A stretch of 63,430 nt of DNA, filler included, from Folioceros fuciformis (Eukaryota), in the NCBI GenBank assembly GCA_049999805.1. It is 11 parts of 11 records of this genome, joined end to end, with 100 filler letters (N's around TTAATTAATTAA, not from the genome) between each part and the next. Parts side by side here need not be neighbours in the genome. Positions count along the whole stretch, not along the records: positions 1 to 3,820 come from JBNGIO010001529.1; positions 3,921 to 7,816 come from JBNGIO010001531.1; positions 7,917 to 20,496 come from JBNGIO010001532.1; 8 more parts are not named here. One strand, written 5' to 3'. The position numbers and the translations under genes were made by a program. Below, piece by piece: positions 1 through 11,700 of this stretch (within the stretch, counting starts at the first letter, position 1; the number at the start of each line of letters is the position of its first letter). The notes beneath the pieces were generated by a model. The model worked only from the letters and a program-made list of their open reading frames with translations, was not told the origin of the DNA and searched no databases.

Positions 1-103
1 AAATATCTGCATGTACAAGCTCTAAAACTCGTGTGGCTCTATGTGCAGTTTTTGGGAAAGGAAGCTCCCTCTGTTTTGCAAGAATACATGCCTCACATAC
101 GGG

Positions 104-1579
104 CTACTCTTTAAAACATCTAGGTAAGGGCTCCCTATGACAGCCGAGGTTGGACATGTCAATCAGTTTATTGCGGTTAGCATGCCCTAGGCGAGCATGC
201 CACAAGGATGTAAGCTGACTAGCATTCATGTTGACCGTGTACGCTGCATGGCTTGTGGACGCAGAGGAACACTTCAGCTCTAGCCTGTACAGGTCATGAT
301 CGAGGACACCTCTAAATGCGCAGATGTTAGGTGAAGATTTTCTATAGAAGCAGCAAGCATCATCAACCATACGCATCTCATACATGCGCATCTGCATGAG
401 CTTACTCATCGACAAGAGGTTCTTTGCCATATCTGGCACATACAGCACTCCCTCGATATCTTGCCTGGAGCCGTCATTGAGAAGGAAGGTACATCTGCCA
501 TGTCCCTCAACTCGAAGGCTGGTGTCACTTCTTTCGTCCCCTAACAGCACTTTGTCCTTCATGTGACTCAAGGTCAACTTGGAGAACAAATTCTTGTCGT
601 TGCATATGTGAGTGGTAGCTCCGGAATTGAGATACCACTCTCCAGCATCATGCAATGTGCTGGTCAGGTAGACAGTGAGAATCTTCACAGTAGCTTTTGA
701 GTTGTCAAATTTCTCCTTCACGGCCACACTGGCAAATTGTTTTGCAGATTGTTGGCGTTGGGGCTCCCCGACCTTTTTCTTGCGACAATCCCGTGCCCAA
801 TGGCCGGGAGCTCCACACCAATTGCAACTGCCAGTCCTTTTTGCGGACGTATCGTGACCTGTGGTAGTGGTGGGTTTCCCCTTCGATTTGTTGGGTCTGA
901 CCTTAGCCACTAACACTCTGTCAGCCTTGGTCTTTGTGTTTGTTGTAGAAAACAACCGGCTCTGCTCCTCCTGATGCAACGCCGCCACTATGTCGTCGAC
1001 AGTGAGGGTGCTTGCATTACCAGCAGTAACAGCAGCCTGTGAGGTACACAAAGGACCACTGTAGGAACTGACAAACTGTTGGAGTGAGACTGGCAAGCTG
1101 CTCAACAGCTGAACCACAGCGTGTTCCTCCTCAATCTTGTAGTTGTAGGAAGCAAGCTGAGCACGGAGGTGACGAAATTTACTGGTAAATCCGCCCACAT
1201 TTTCTCCGTCTTTCATCCTGAGAGCATAAAACTCTTACCACACAGCACACTTGGTCATGATATTAGTGACCTGATAGGTTTTCTCGAGCTGATTCCAGAT
1301 CTCGATGCCCTTGGTCAAGTACTCCACATAAGGAACAAGAGGGGTATCCAAGCCATTGATAATGACAGCAACAGCAACTTCATTGTGAGCTGTCCACTTA
1401 TCTATATTAGCTTGGGTACCGGTTTGAGAGTTAGGCTCTGGAAAACTTCCACCCACAACACTCCAAACTCCCCTAGCTATAAGGAGAGCTTTCATGCGTA
1501 CCTTCCACACATGGTACAGTTTCCCATTAAACCTGTCCTTCTCTTTCAATTCTGATGTGAATGAGGGACCTGTAGCCAT
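104..1579 (-). pseudogene. Copia gag-protease-pre-integrase polyprotein, disrupted
   Basis: ORFs 1235..1789 and 104..1216 share one frame, separated by a TAA at 1235-1237. Likely start MATGPSF at 1579. The catalytic DSG reads NSG, and the frame shifts before the integrase core. Confidence 0.85.
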
Positions 1580-2217
1580 GGTCTGTGTACTTGTGACAGG
1601 TACTATTGGTAGAAAATTCCAGAAATTGGATATATTAGCAGCCTGCAGGTCCTCTTCCCCCTCCGACGAGGTGGAGCTACGATCTGGTGGATCTAAGACT
1701 GCACCTAGGCTAATGTCAGATGCACTATGTGCACTTTCGGTATCGGACTTGCGTAAACCATCTAAGTCCCTTTCAAAACTATGGGTCAAGAGGAGAAATA
1801 GCGAGGTTAGTTATGCTCCGATGTAATTGTCCCTAGAAGATGCTCATGTGATACTAACGATGCGTGTCCAGGGGGTTAGTTGGGGGAGACAACCTGAGAG
1901 GGGATGGATACGAGTGTATTCAATCCTTCACAAGCTAGCTCCCTCATCCAACTTCCTGGATACGTGAAAGGGTGTAAGTGTGAGAAGGGACACAACTTTT
2001 CAAAAGTATCGTTTGAGTTCTTTACTTAGGGTTTCTAACCGACATTTCTTGGGTTTATAAACAGACATGTCAGTCGACGGACCAATCTCATGCAAAGAGA
2101 CGCAAGCAAGCCAAGGGTCAGCAACACAATTGTGACGCTTCAAATCAATGCCAAAAGCCACTACTGATCCTGTACACCGTTTCGCATCTCCAGCGCTCCC
2201 CGCCAGTGGAAGCAGGG

Positions 2218-2940
2218 TCACAGGATGGAGTCTCCACTTGCTGGCAAGAACTCTGTGGAGAATCCTTGACCAAGATCCATCGCACGCATCATTCCAGCAA
2301 TCTCGAAGATATTTCTATTAATTCTGGAAATTTGTGTGTCGATGCAGACTTGCAGGAGAGCAACATCGTCTCTCAAGATGTGCTGATTAAACAGGAGTTT
2401 TTCAATGGAAGTCCCAACAGGAACCTCAACTGAAATTTGCTTTTCTGCAGCCAATTTCTCTACTCGTTTCTTGTATGAAGTAGATTTTTCTGCAGCAATT
2501 GCGTCATCTTCTGCAGATGTTTCTCCCTTCAGCCACCTAAGCGTCCTCTTGTAATTTGGGTGATTGCAAACTTCTCCAAAGGCTCGCAACTCCCAATCAG
2601 CAATAGGACCAAATTCAGGGGTGTCAGGAGAAGAGGCTGAAAGTGTTGACTCCTTCTCAGCACAATTGACCCGTGGTTGAGAGCGAGGATCAGGCTAGTT
2701 CCTAGCAATGCACCAGGCCCGGTAGAGAGAATCTACTCCTGAGGTTCTCAACTGCTGTAGCCTAATCGCACGCGCTCTGGAACTTGCTGTGCCTGAGTTT
2801 CTAGCAACCCATTGTCGTAGCCGTACGTCGGGGTAGTTGGCCTCGTACAGATCCAAAACGTTAGCAGCAGGGACTCGACTTAAGTTTTGTAGCCTCCTCT
2901 GTTGACGTCGATCTGCGCGGGATCTACCCCGGCGAGGCAT
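2218..2940 (-). pseudogene. Extra ~240-codon ORF between Copia PBS and gag, one in-frame TAG
   Basis: The ATG at 2940 lies ~30 nt after the PBS. ORFs 2695..2940 and 2218..2589 share a frame. Basic N-terminus (MPRRGRSRADRRQQRR) and helical-looking C-terminus; no family recognised. Confidence 0.55.
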
Positions 2941-2971
2941 TATGTCTTGAGAAAAATAGAGAGCATTTGGA

Positions 2972-2983
2972 GCTCTGATACCA
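2972..2983 (-). promoter_or_regulatory. Primer-binding site complementary to initiator tRNA-Met
   Basis: Reverse complement reads TGGTATCAGAGC directly after the LTR-terminal CA. Confidence 0.92.
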
Positions 2984-3153
2984 TGTAAATTTGCGGAGAG
3001 CCGTTTGGCTCGACAAAGCTTGATTTCAAATAAATGAAATAAATGGTTACAAAATTGTATGTGTGTATTGTTTATATACTAAACCTTGAAAACGGTTCAC
3101 GTGTGTTTAACCTAGAAAAAAACTTTATACTTAATGTTGGCTTATTTCCAACA
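2984..3153 (-). repeat. 5' LTR (~170 bp) of the Copia element
   Basis: AT-rich block with TG...CA ends, bounded by the PBS on one side and another element's RT coding sequence on the other. Confidence 0.7.
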
Positions 3154-3820
3154 AGGGAACATCAACTATTGTTTTGGAATTGAAGTGTGGAGAGATAGGG
3201 CAGCACGTATCATCAGGCTTGGTCAGCAAGGGTATGTTGAGAGATTATTAGAGCGATTTGGAATGATCGATTGCAAGCCTATTGGGACCCCTCAAGATTT
3301 AGGTGTGAAGTTGTGTAAGGTTGACTACTCATCAAATGATGGGGAGGAGCATGAGATGAGTACCATCCCATATAGGGCAGCAGTTGGAAGTTTGATGTAT
3401 GCCATGGTAGGAACACGTCCAGACGTTGCAACGGCAGTGGGAGTAGTGAGCCAATTTATGCAAAGCCCTGGAAAGCAACATTGGATTGCGGTGAAAAGGA
3501 TCATGTGATACTTGAGAGGTACAAGTGATATGTGGTTGGAATTCTCAGGTGGAATCAAATGCCATAATATTATTGGGTATTGTGACTCCGATTGGGGAAG
3601 TGATCTTGATGATAGAAGATCAACTACAGGATATACTTTTATTTTAGGAGGAGGTGCCATTACCTGGAATAGTAAGAAGCAACCCACGGTGGCCATATCG
3701 ACAATTGAAGCTGAGTACATGGCATCCACACAAGCCACCAAGGAGGCCGTATGGTTGAGAAAGCTCATGGAGGAGATTGGTTATGAACAATTGCATCCGA
3801 CCACTCTTAGGAGCGATAGT
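3154..3820 (+). mobile_element. Ty1/Copia RT C-terminus and RNase H fragment (host of the nested element)
   Basis: YCFGIEV, IPYRAAVGSLMYAMVGTRPDVA, GYCDSDW, RRSTTGY, ISTIEAEYMA; in-frame TGA at 3506-3508. Confidence 0.95.
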
Positions 3821-3920
3821 NNNNNNNNNNNNNNNNNNNNNNNNNNNNNNNNNNNNNNNNNNNNTTAATTAATTAANNNNNNNNNNNNNNNNNNNNNNNN
3901 NNNNNNNNNNNNNNNNNNNN
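3821..3920. other. Artificial contig spacer N44-TTAATTAATTAA-N44 (also at 7817, 20497, 27135, 35086, 40681, 44831, 47929, 50495 and 60943)
   Basis: An identical 100-nt linker with stops in all six frames occurs ten times. Confidence 0.99.
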
Positions 3921-6900
3921 CTCATACACTTCCAGCACCCTGTAAGGTCCCATCCATCTCAAGTGCAACTTACCTGGAAAGTGCATGTACCTATTGTCAT
4001 ATAACAAGGCTAAATCTCCAGGCACAACATACTCTTGTTTACGCAACTTCTGGTCGTGCCACTTCTTCCTCCTCTCCTGAACATCAAGGAAAACAGCCAA
4101 GGCCCATTCCCTATCCTCATCATGCTGCACAAAACTGGTTAGCCTCTCCAACTGGCTCTCCTCCACGGGCAATCGATTGCTCTCTTGCATTCTCAAGGTA
4201 GGTACCTCAAATTCGATAGGCATGATTGGTGAGTGTCCATAGGTGAGGTAATAAGGGGTCTGCTGGGTAGTAACCTTCTCAACAGTCCTGTATGCCCACA
4301 AGGCTGAGTGGAGTTTCCTATCCCAATCATGAGCATAGGTGACGGTGAGTTTGCTGAGGATCTTGCACAACAGCCCGTTAGCCTTCTCCGTGAGTCCATT
4401 GGCCTTAGGGTTGTAGGGAGTGGTCTTCCTATGACTGATATTGAAATATTCAGTCATGTGCTTGACTACTTCATTGATGAAATGAGTCCCCCTATCACTC
4501 ACCAGCTCCAACGGGCACCCATACCTTGTGATGATTTGCTCAAACAAAAATCGGGCCACCACATTTGCTGTGTCCACGGGCAAAGCTTGGGCCTCCACCA
4601 TGCGTGTGCAGTAGTCAGTTGCCACCAGGATGTATTGGTTCTGCCTTCCCTTAGACTTGGGCTGAATTGGTCCTACAAAATCAATCCCCCACTTCTCAAA
4701 TGGTGCTAGGGCTAGGATGGGGACCAATGGCCATTGTGTGGTCCTAGTAGGCTTCCCCACCCTTTGGCATGCATCACACCTCTTGATGAATTCTCCAGCA
4801 TCAGCATGCATTGTTGGCCACCAATACCCTGCTCCCAGAATTTTTCTACAAGTCACATGGGCTGCATAATGGCCTCCAGCCTCTCCCTCATGTAGGGAGC
4901 TGATAACTTGCTCCACTTGGCCAGGTCTGACCCACAACCTCTCCACGCCATCAGCTCCTGTGCGATACAGCTTGCCCTTGTACTTAACCACCAGCCTTGT
5001 GAAGTACAAGAACAGCCGTTGCTGCTGCCGTGTGCGATGAACTGGAAATTCCCCCATACCTAAAAAATCATACACCTCTTGGTAGGAAGGCTTACGGGAC
5101 CCTCGTCTCCCCTTCTCATTTGGTGCTGCACCTTCACCTCTTGGCAACCTAACATTTGGTTTGGCCCTCTCCTTCTCCACTAGGTCTGCTGAAAATGCCT
5201 CGTCCGGAAAATCATCTTCTTGGTCCTGAACCACATTCCCCGTTTTCAGCCTAGATAGAAAATCAGCATTCACATGCCTACGCCCTTCCCTTGTTTCCAC
5301 AGTGAATGTGAACTCCTGCAAGAGCAAGATCCAGCGAGCTATGCGGCCCGATAGGTCTGCCTTGTTGACCAGGTGCTTGAGAGCAAAATGATCAACATGG
5401 AAGACAAACTCATAGGAGAGGAGGTAGTGGCGGAATTTACGACAAGAGTAGACCATGCCAAGTGCCTCCCTCTCGGTTGTGGTGTACTTGCGTTCAGCCT
5501 CCGTAAGTTGACGTCCAGCATAGTAGATTGGGTAGTCCCTCCCCTTCTCATCCCGCTGGCTAAGGACTGTCCCAATGGCAAAGGCTGAAACATCCACGTA
5601 CACATGGAATTTCTTGTCCCAATCAGGCCCCTTGAGTGTTGGTGCTGTCACAAGAGTGGTCCTCAAGTCCTGAAACGCAGCCTCCCTCGCCGCTGTCCAC
5701 TCCCAAGATTGCTCCTTCCTCAATAGGCCCGTCAAAGGGGCAGCCCGTCTAGCAAAATTTGGCACGAATCGGCGGTAGTATCCCACCATCCCAAGGAAAC
5801 CACGCAGCTCCTTCAGTGTGGCTGGGGCCCTCAAGGCAGCAATCACCTTCACCTTGTCCGGGTCCACTTCAATGCCCCTTGCTATAATTCTGTGACCTAG
5901 CAAGATCCCTTCAGCCATGCCAAAATAGCATTTCTCTGGATGCAAACAAAGCTGCGTCTCACGGCACCTGGCCAAGCACAGCCTTAGGTGCTCTAGATGC
6001 TGCTCCACCCCTCCAGACACACAAAAATCATCTATGAACACCTCTAGGAACTTGTGGAGGAAATCCTTGAAGATCTTGTACATGCTGCGCATAAAGGACC
6101 CCGGTGCTCCTGTCAGCCCAAAAGCACTCCTCTTGTAGGCGAATGTCCCCCAATCAGTTGTGAAGGCTGTCAATGGCCAGTCACTCTCCCTGAGGGACAG
6201 CTGATTGTAACCAGAATAGCCATCCAAAAAAGAGTAAATCATGCGGCCAGCCACCAAATCCAGAATGTTGTCAATGAATGGCAAGGGGAAATGATCCTTC
6301 TTGGTGGCTTTGTTCAGCCTTCTCCAGTCCTGGCACACTCGGATCTTCCCTTGCTGTTTCTTGGGCACCACCACGATTGGGGCCACCCAATCTGAGTTCA
6401 CAATTGGAAAAATCACATCTGCCTTCAAGTATTGCTCCAGCTGTTCCTTTACCTTCATGGAGTATTTTGGATTCAGCTTGTATTGTGGAATTCGAACGCG
6501 AACAGCGCCTGGCTCCAAGTCGATCTTGTGCTCCCCCCACTCTTTGGGAATTCCCTTCATGTCTGTCACCTCAAAGGCAAACGCATCGATAAACTCAGCC
6601 AGGAGTTGCTTCATTCCCCCTTCCAATTTGGCATCCAGCTGTTTGGAAAACTTCAGCACCTTGCCTGGAAACACCTCTACATCCTTAATTTCATCAGCCT
6701 GCACCCATTCACGCTGCACGGGTGCAGAGCTGACTCCAAACCCTTCTTCTGGCTCTCGGGGATCTTCCTCCCTCATTCCCCATTCCCTGAATAGGTCTTC
6801 GGAGGTGAATCTAGTGACCTCTGTATCCTCACCAGCAAGCCCTTTAGACCTTGGGTCACAGCCCCCTTCCCTCATCTCATCTTCCTTCACACCCCTCTTG

Positions 6901-7816
6901 ACATGGGAGGCTTTTTCTTGGCCCTTCCCTTCAGCAGCTCCAGCAGCCTGTCCTTCCACGTTTGCTGCTTCAGCCCCTACCATGTTGCAGTCCAAGGTGA
7001 TCCCAAAACACTCGACCCGGTTCAGGGTATAAGGAATATTCCTTCGGTAGTCCTCCTCTTCATCTGTCCATGATATGTGGGAAAAAGGGAATTTATCTTC
7101 CCCTTCCCCCTCCTCCAAATCAGTTGTGTCCCCCACGGACGTGTACCCCTCCGTGTCTGTTGGGGTCTCACCGAGGTAGACATCCCGGCTCCAGCTCAAA
7201 CAAATCCTACCCTCCTTTGTCTTGGGGTTCCATTCAGGTGGTTTGAAAGCCACCTCCTTCCTTCCCCATGACAGCCTGTACCTCGATCCATACAGCCAAG
7301 TCCTGCCCAGCAAGATGTCGTAGCCTAGTGCCTTGTGTTGAATGACCACAAAATCGAGAAGGTAGGGAATGGTCCCTATGGTCGTGGTTACCCCTCTCAG
7401 CTCCCCCACTGACTGCATTCTAGACATATCGGCCAACCTCAAGACCTTGGTTGTGTGCTCGATCTCCAATCCGAGTTTCTTGGCGGTATCCTCCGTCATA
7501 ATATTCACCCCTGAACCTGTATCCAGCGGCACCCTCTCTTAATCACACAGCCTGCAATTTCCACCTGCAGTTCAGTCGGTCCCTAGTCCACCATGGACAC
7601 CATGTTGACCATGGGAGCCGACAACCTTGGCCCTGATTTAGGTAGCCTCTTCCTTCTCTTGGGTTGGGCCTCCTGCAATGCCTTCCGGACCTGCTGTCGA
7701 TATTTAGGGTTATCCTTCAGGAGCTGACCAAAGGTAACAGCAAATTGCTGGTCCATAATGGCTCCAGCAAAATCAAATGGCTTCTGGACAGCCCCATTGG
7801 TGCCTTTGGTCACCGC
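3921..7816 (-). mobile_element. Ty3/Gypsy (non-chromovirus, Athila/Tat-like) gag end and pol: protease-RT-RNase H-integrase
   Basis: ~1200 open codons with LDTGSGVNIM, FLDGYSGYNQ, VFIDDF, DVSAFAIG, zinc-binding H...H/CDAC, PFEKWGIDFVGP, SDRGTHF and GPY. The order PR-RT-RH-INT is Gypsy type. Confidence 0.95.
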
Positions 7817-8712
7817 NNNNNNNNNNNNNNNNNNNNNNNNNNNNNNNNNNNNNNNNNNNNTTAATTAATTAANNNNNNNNNNNNNNNNNNNNNNNNNNNN
7901 NNNNNNNNNNNNNNNNCAGCAATGCGGCAGGGGGGGGGAGAAGAGGTTGCAGCTTCACTTCCAGCGTATCTCGTCGACTCGGACGCAGCTACCGGGCCGG
8001 CCCCTGCTCGCTGCTGTGTGGTGCGAGTCTCTTGTGCGGGATGCTCTAAGGGAGTGGATCCGCCGCCTCTGCCCGCTTGTGCACGAGGCTGCAGCGTCCG
8101 CTCGAAATTGGATTCGGGGAGGAGGTCCCCCGCGGGTCGGAGCTGGGTGGGATGTGGATGACATGAATTCGTTCTGCGTGGATGAGGGCTCGCTGCCTTG
8201 GATGCCCTGAATTGCGCAGCGGTTCTTTGCTGGGGATCCTGGTGCATTTTGTGGTGCACTGGTGGCTGGATGTGTGGTGGGATCGGCGGTGCCGGTGCTT
8301 GGGTGTGTGGATCTGAGCTGCTGCTGTGCGGAATCCTTTCTGACGTGCCTGAATTGCTGGATCTGGCGGGTTCCTGCTTCTTGGCGAGCTCAGCCTGTGT
8401 TTTGTTTGGCTCGTTCAGGACCGCCGGCGCGGGGTCCAGGGCTGCGGTGGCCCGGGAGGCTGCGGAATCGCGGGTATGGTGGGGCGGGATTGCTGGTCGT
8501 GGGCGTTGCTGGGGTCGTGGAGCTCCGAAGGAAGGTTGTTGGCAGGAGGATGCTTGCGGAATTGCTGGTGACAAATGTGCCCATTCTCCGGTGGCGGATG
8601 GCTGCCTCGTGTCGATGTCGGGGGGCAGGGTTTTGCTTCTCTGTTGCTGGTCGGGGGAGAGGGATGTGACCAGGGAGGAAGCTGAGCTGCGTCCTGCGTG
8701 CTGGTCCTGGTC

Positions 8713-11700
8713 ATGGATCTCACGCCGGATAAGTTGCTTTGGCTTCTGCTGATTGTGGCCATAGTCGGGTGGCTTGTCTTCAATTTCTTTGCTAAAGTGG
8801 TGGGGCTGATCTTGAAGAAGGTGCTCGGCTTGGTGGTGCTCCGGTTTCGGTTGGCAAGCCTCGGGTGTGTGAAGGATGTCTTTGTGCAGTTCAAGAGAGG
8901 AGGGCTCGCCTCGATTTCGATTGGAGAGATGCGGCTCAGGAGGCACAAGCAGGGGATTCGGAGGCTGTGGGACTGGAGGCTGCAGCTCTCTGTGGGGGAC
9001 ATCGAAATTGTGATGAGGAGCTCCCAGACGGTGAAGAAGGCACCGGGGAAGTCTTCCACCAGGAGGAAGAGTTCGTCTGGTCGGACCACATGGTTGATGG
9101 CTACCAAACTTGCGAATTACGTCAACTTCTCGTTGACGGATATTGTGATTAGGGCAAGCGAGGAGCCAAAGGTGTCGGTGGAAATCAAGGATGTTGGTCT
9201 GGACCTTCGGAAGGAGGATGCGGCAGTGGTGTCTGTAGGCTTCAAGCTGGTTGTGGTACCTGTGCTCGTGTACTTAGGTGACAAGCACGTTGTCACTGAT
9301 GCATCTCTTCTCGCTGATGGAGCTGTTGGCAATGAGGGACATAAAGCACCCATGACCTGTATTCCTCCTGTCTTCACCCTGGAAAGTACTTTGGTGGAGG
9401 GCAGCCTGTATTACGATTCTGAAGCCGGGATGTCGGTGAGACAGCTGGAAGTCGAATGTGGTAATGCTATTCTACATCTAGAGGAGGCAAATCTTCTAGG
9501 GCTTATGAGCTTGCGAGGAAAGAAAAGCTCAGCACAGCCCCATGGCGCTGTTGGTGTCAGTGAGCTCGCTGAAGGTAGTAAGGACGGGAGCCGAGTTCAG
9601 GAAATGGAGTCCAAGAAGGGTTCGGCTGGGTTGTCTGCCCAGCGTCGGGCAATAGTACTTCCTGAGCACCTGCGCTTTCGTCTGTCTATGCTTTGTATAA
9701 ACTTCAGCCAGAAAGCAAGCTCTTTAATTCTGGAAAACAGGATAATGGGAATTCAGTTACAAGGTATGAGATGCCCCTCTGCTCTAGCAGGTGAGAGGTC
9801 GCAACTGGACGTTCAGGTGGATGTGGGAGGAGTCTATCTGTTGAGAGGAAAGCGGAGAGCTCTTCTGGAGATTTTGAAAGTTGCAGTGGCAGGTTGTTTG
9901 GAGGTTCCTTCAGCATTGCAGGAGCCTGTGAAGCTTGAGCTGGATGTGAAGTTGGGAGGTTTGCAACTCAACATGGTTTTGACAACTATAATGCAGTGTC
10001 TCAATTTTGGAGCGGGTCTACTGTCGAATGGGCAGGGTAGGCCTAAAGTTGTTTCAGCAGATCACTTTTCGACAACAAATGAAGTTCTTAAAGCGAAATT
10101 GACGAGGAAGTTTGTATGGGGCTGTTCTTTCTCTGCTCCGGAGCTAGCAATGACGTTTTCAGGGTCAGATGACTCTCAGATTTTTCAAGCTAGCTCCCAA
10201 ACAGCTCACCTCTACTTGAACTCCATGACTTCTGAAGGTCTGAAGTGTCACTGTGAGCTGGGTGAAATTGAAATCACGTCTGTCGAATATTTAACCAGCA
10301 GACTACGAAGTTGCCTGCCAGCAGAGGGTGAGAATGACTGTTGTTGGATGAGGCTGTCCCACCTGGAGGTGGAGTGGGGAGTCACTGAATCCGATTCTGA
10401 TGCCAAGTTGATGTTGGTTATGAAGAGCAGAGTATGTGCATTGTTTGTCACCCTAGATCGTTTGCAAACCATCCTGCTTTGCAGCTCAGACTTTGAGAGG
10501 TCACTTAATCAGGTAGTATCTGCTCTGCGGAAAAGCAGGCCCAAGAATAGAGTAATAGGTGGACCTCGTAGGCGCAGTGGTCTTAGGAATGTGAAGTTCT
10601 CATTGGACGGTTTTACGCTTCATTTTTCTGAGCCCCACCAAGTACACAGCACGAAGGTTCAGGATCCCAAGAAGTTCAATTATGGCGAGCCCTTGGGTCA
10701 AATAGTAATAACAAAAATGCCTGATGGGCGACCTCGTGAGGCAATGGTGTTTGCAGAGCTCAATGGCTCGGAGGAGTCGATGATCAACTGTATGGTGCTC
10801 GCTGAGATCACCAGCTTTGAATTCTGTCTTGATAAGGATGCAGAAAGTATAATGGTGCACGTCATCCGTGGACATATTGATTATCAAGAGCTACAGCCTG
10901 AACTGCATCCACCTGTTCATGTTGTTACCCTGTTATCAGCAGATGAAGCGTGCCTCTCTCTGACTCAGGGAAATGAAGTTCAGCTAACCGGATCGAAGGT
11001 CACATGTTGCTGGACACCAGATGTTCACCTTTTTGGTGGTCAAGTAGTTTTGGATGTGAAGAATTTGCTAGATTTGAGGAAAAGGATCGGAGTTCGTGTT
11101 GGTGCATATCCTGTGGAGTCCACAGCAGTTGGTAACATCTCTGGTGATATGGCAGGTAAGACGAATGAGAATACTCCTGAACTGGACAAGCGTGGGAAGC
11201 CTAAACTGCGGCTGTGTCTTGGTATAAAGGGGTTTGGACTTCAAGCTGATCTTGCGGATGGAGTGACGCTAAAGGTGCACGCTGATACCTTATCATCTGA
11301 AAGTGCAGGAACTGAGGTTTCTTTGGGAAATGTAGAGGCCCGGTTCAATAATTCTAAGGTTCTTGGGGCCTTAATTCTGAAAATTTCAAGGATCCCCTTT
11401 ATTTCAAGTGACGTTTGTGAGCCCACTGCTGGCACTCATGCCGTTGTTCAAACGAGGCGGGACTGGGAATGGGTTGTGGAAGGTAGAGGTGTCAGGTTGA
11501 CATTAGCGTATAGTTTGCAGTTAAGAGCAATAGACGATGCCGTCGAGGATACGTGGAGGGGGTTGAAGTTGGCACTGGCTGCTCAGAAGTCTAGAATGCG
11601 TCCCGGACAGCCAAGTCAACTGCCCAAACAAAAATCAGCGGGATCGGTTTCTGTTGCAGCAATCAGGTTTGTGATGGATGACATCTTAGCCGAGATTGAG

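Larger units (their letters stand above)
1..3153 (-). mobile_element. Ty1/Copia LTR retrotransposon, 5' half (LTR, PBS, extra ORF region, gag-protease-integrase start), degenerate
   Basis: On the minus strand: TGTTGG...TTACA LTR, then PBS TGGTATCAGAGC, then gag with zinc knuckle CNWCGAPGHWARDC, protease WYLNSGATTHIC, YVPDMAKNLLS and GAG-pre-integrase LWHARLGH. Truncated by the window start. Confidence 0.9.

Noticed and set aside
1235-3510. In-frame stops repaired by U-to-C RNA editing
   Set aside because: That editing is organellar. These are nuclear TEs, where mutational decay is sufficient.
7861-9107. Long minus-strand ORFs (361 and 230 aa) opposite the SABRE 5' region
   Set aside because: GC-rich, low-information frames with no recognisable domain; likely shadows of the leader and CDS.
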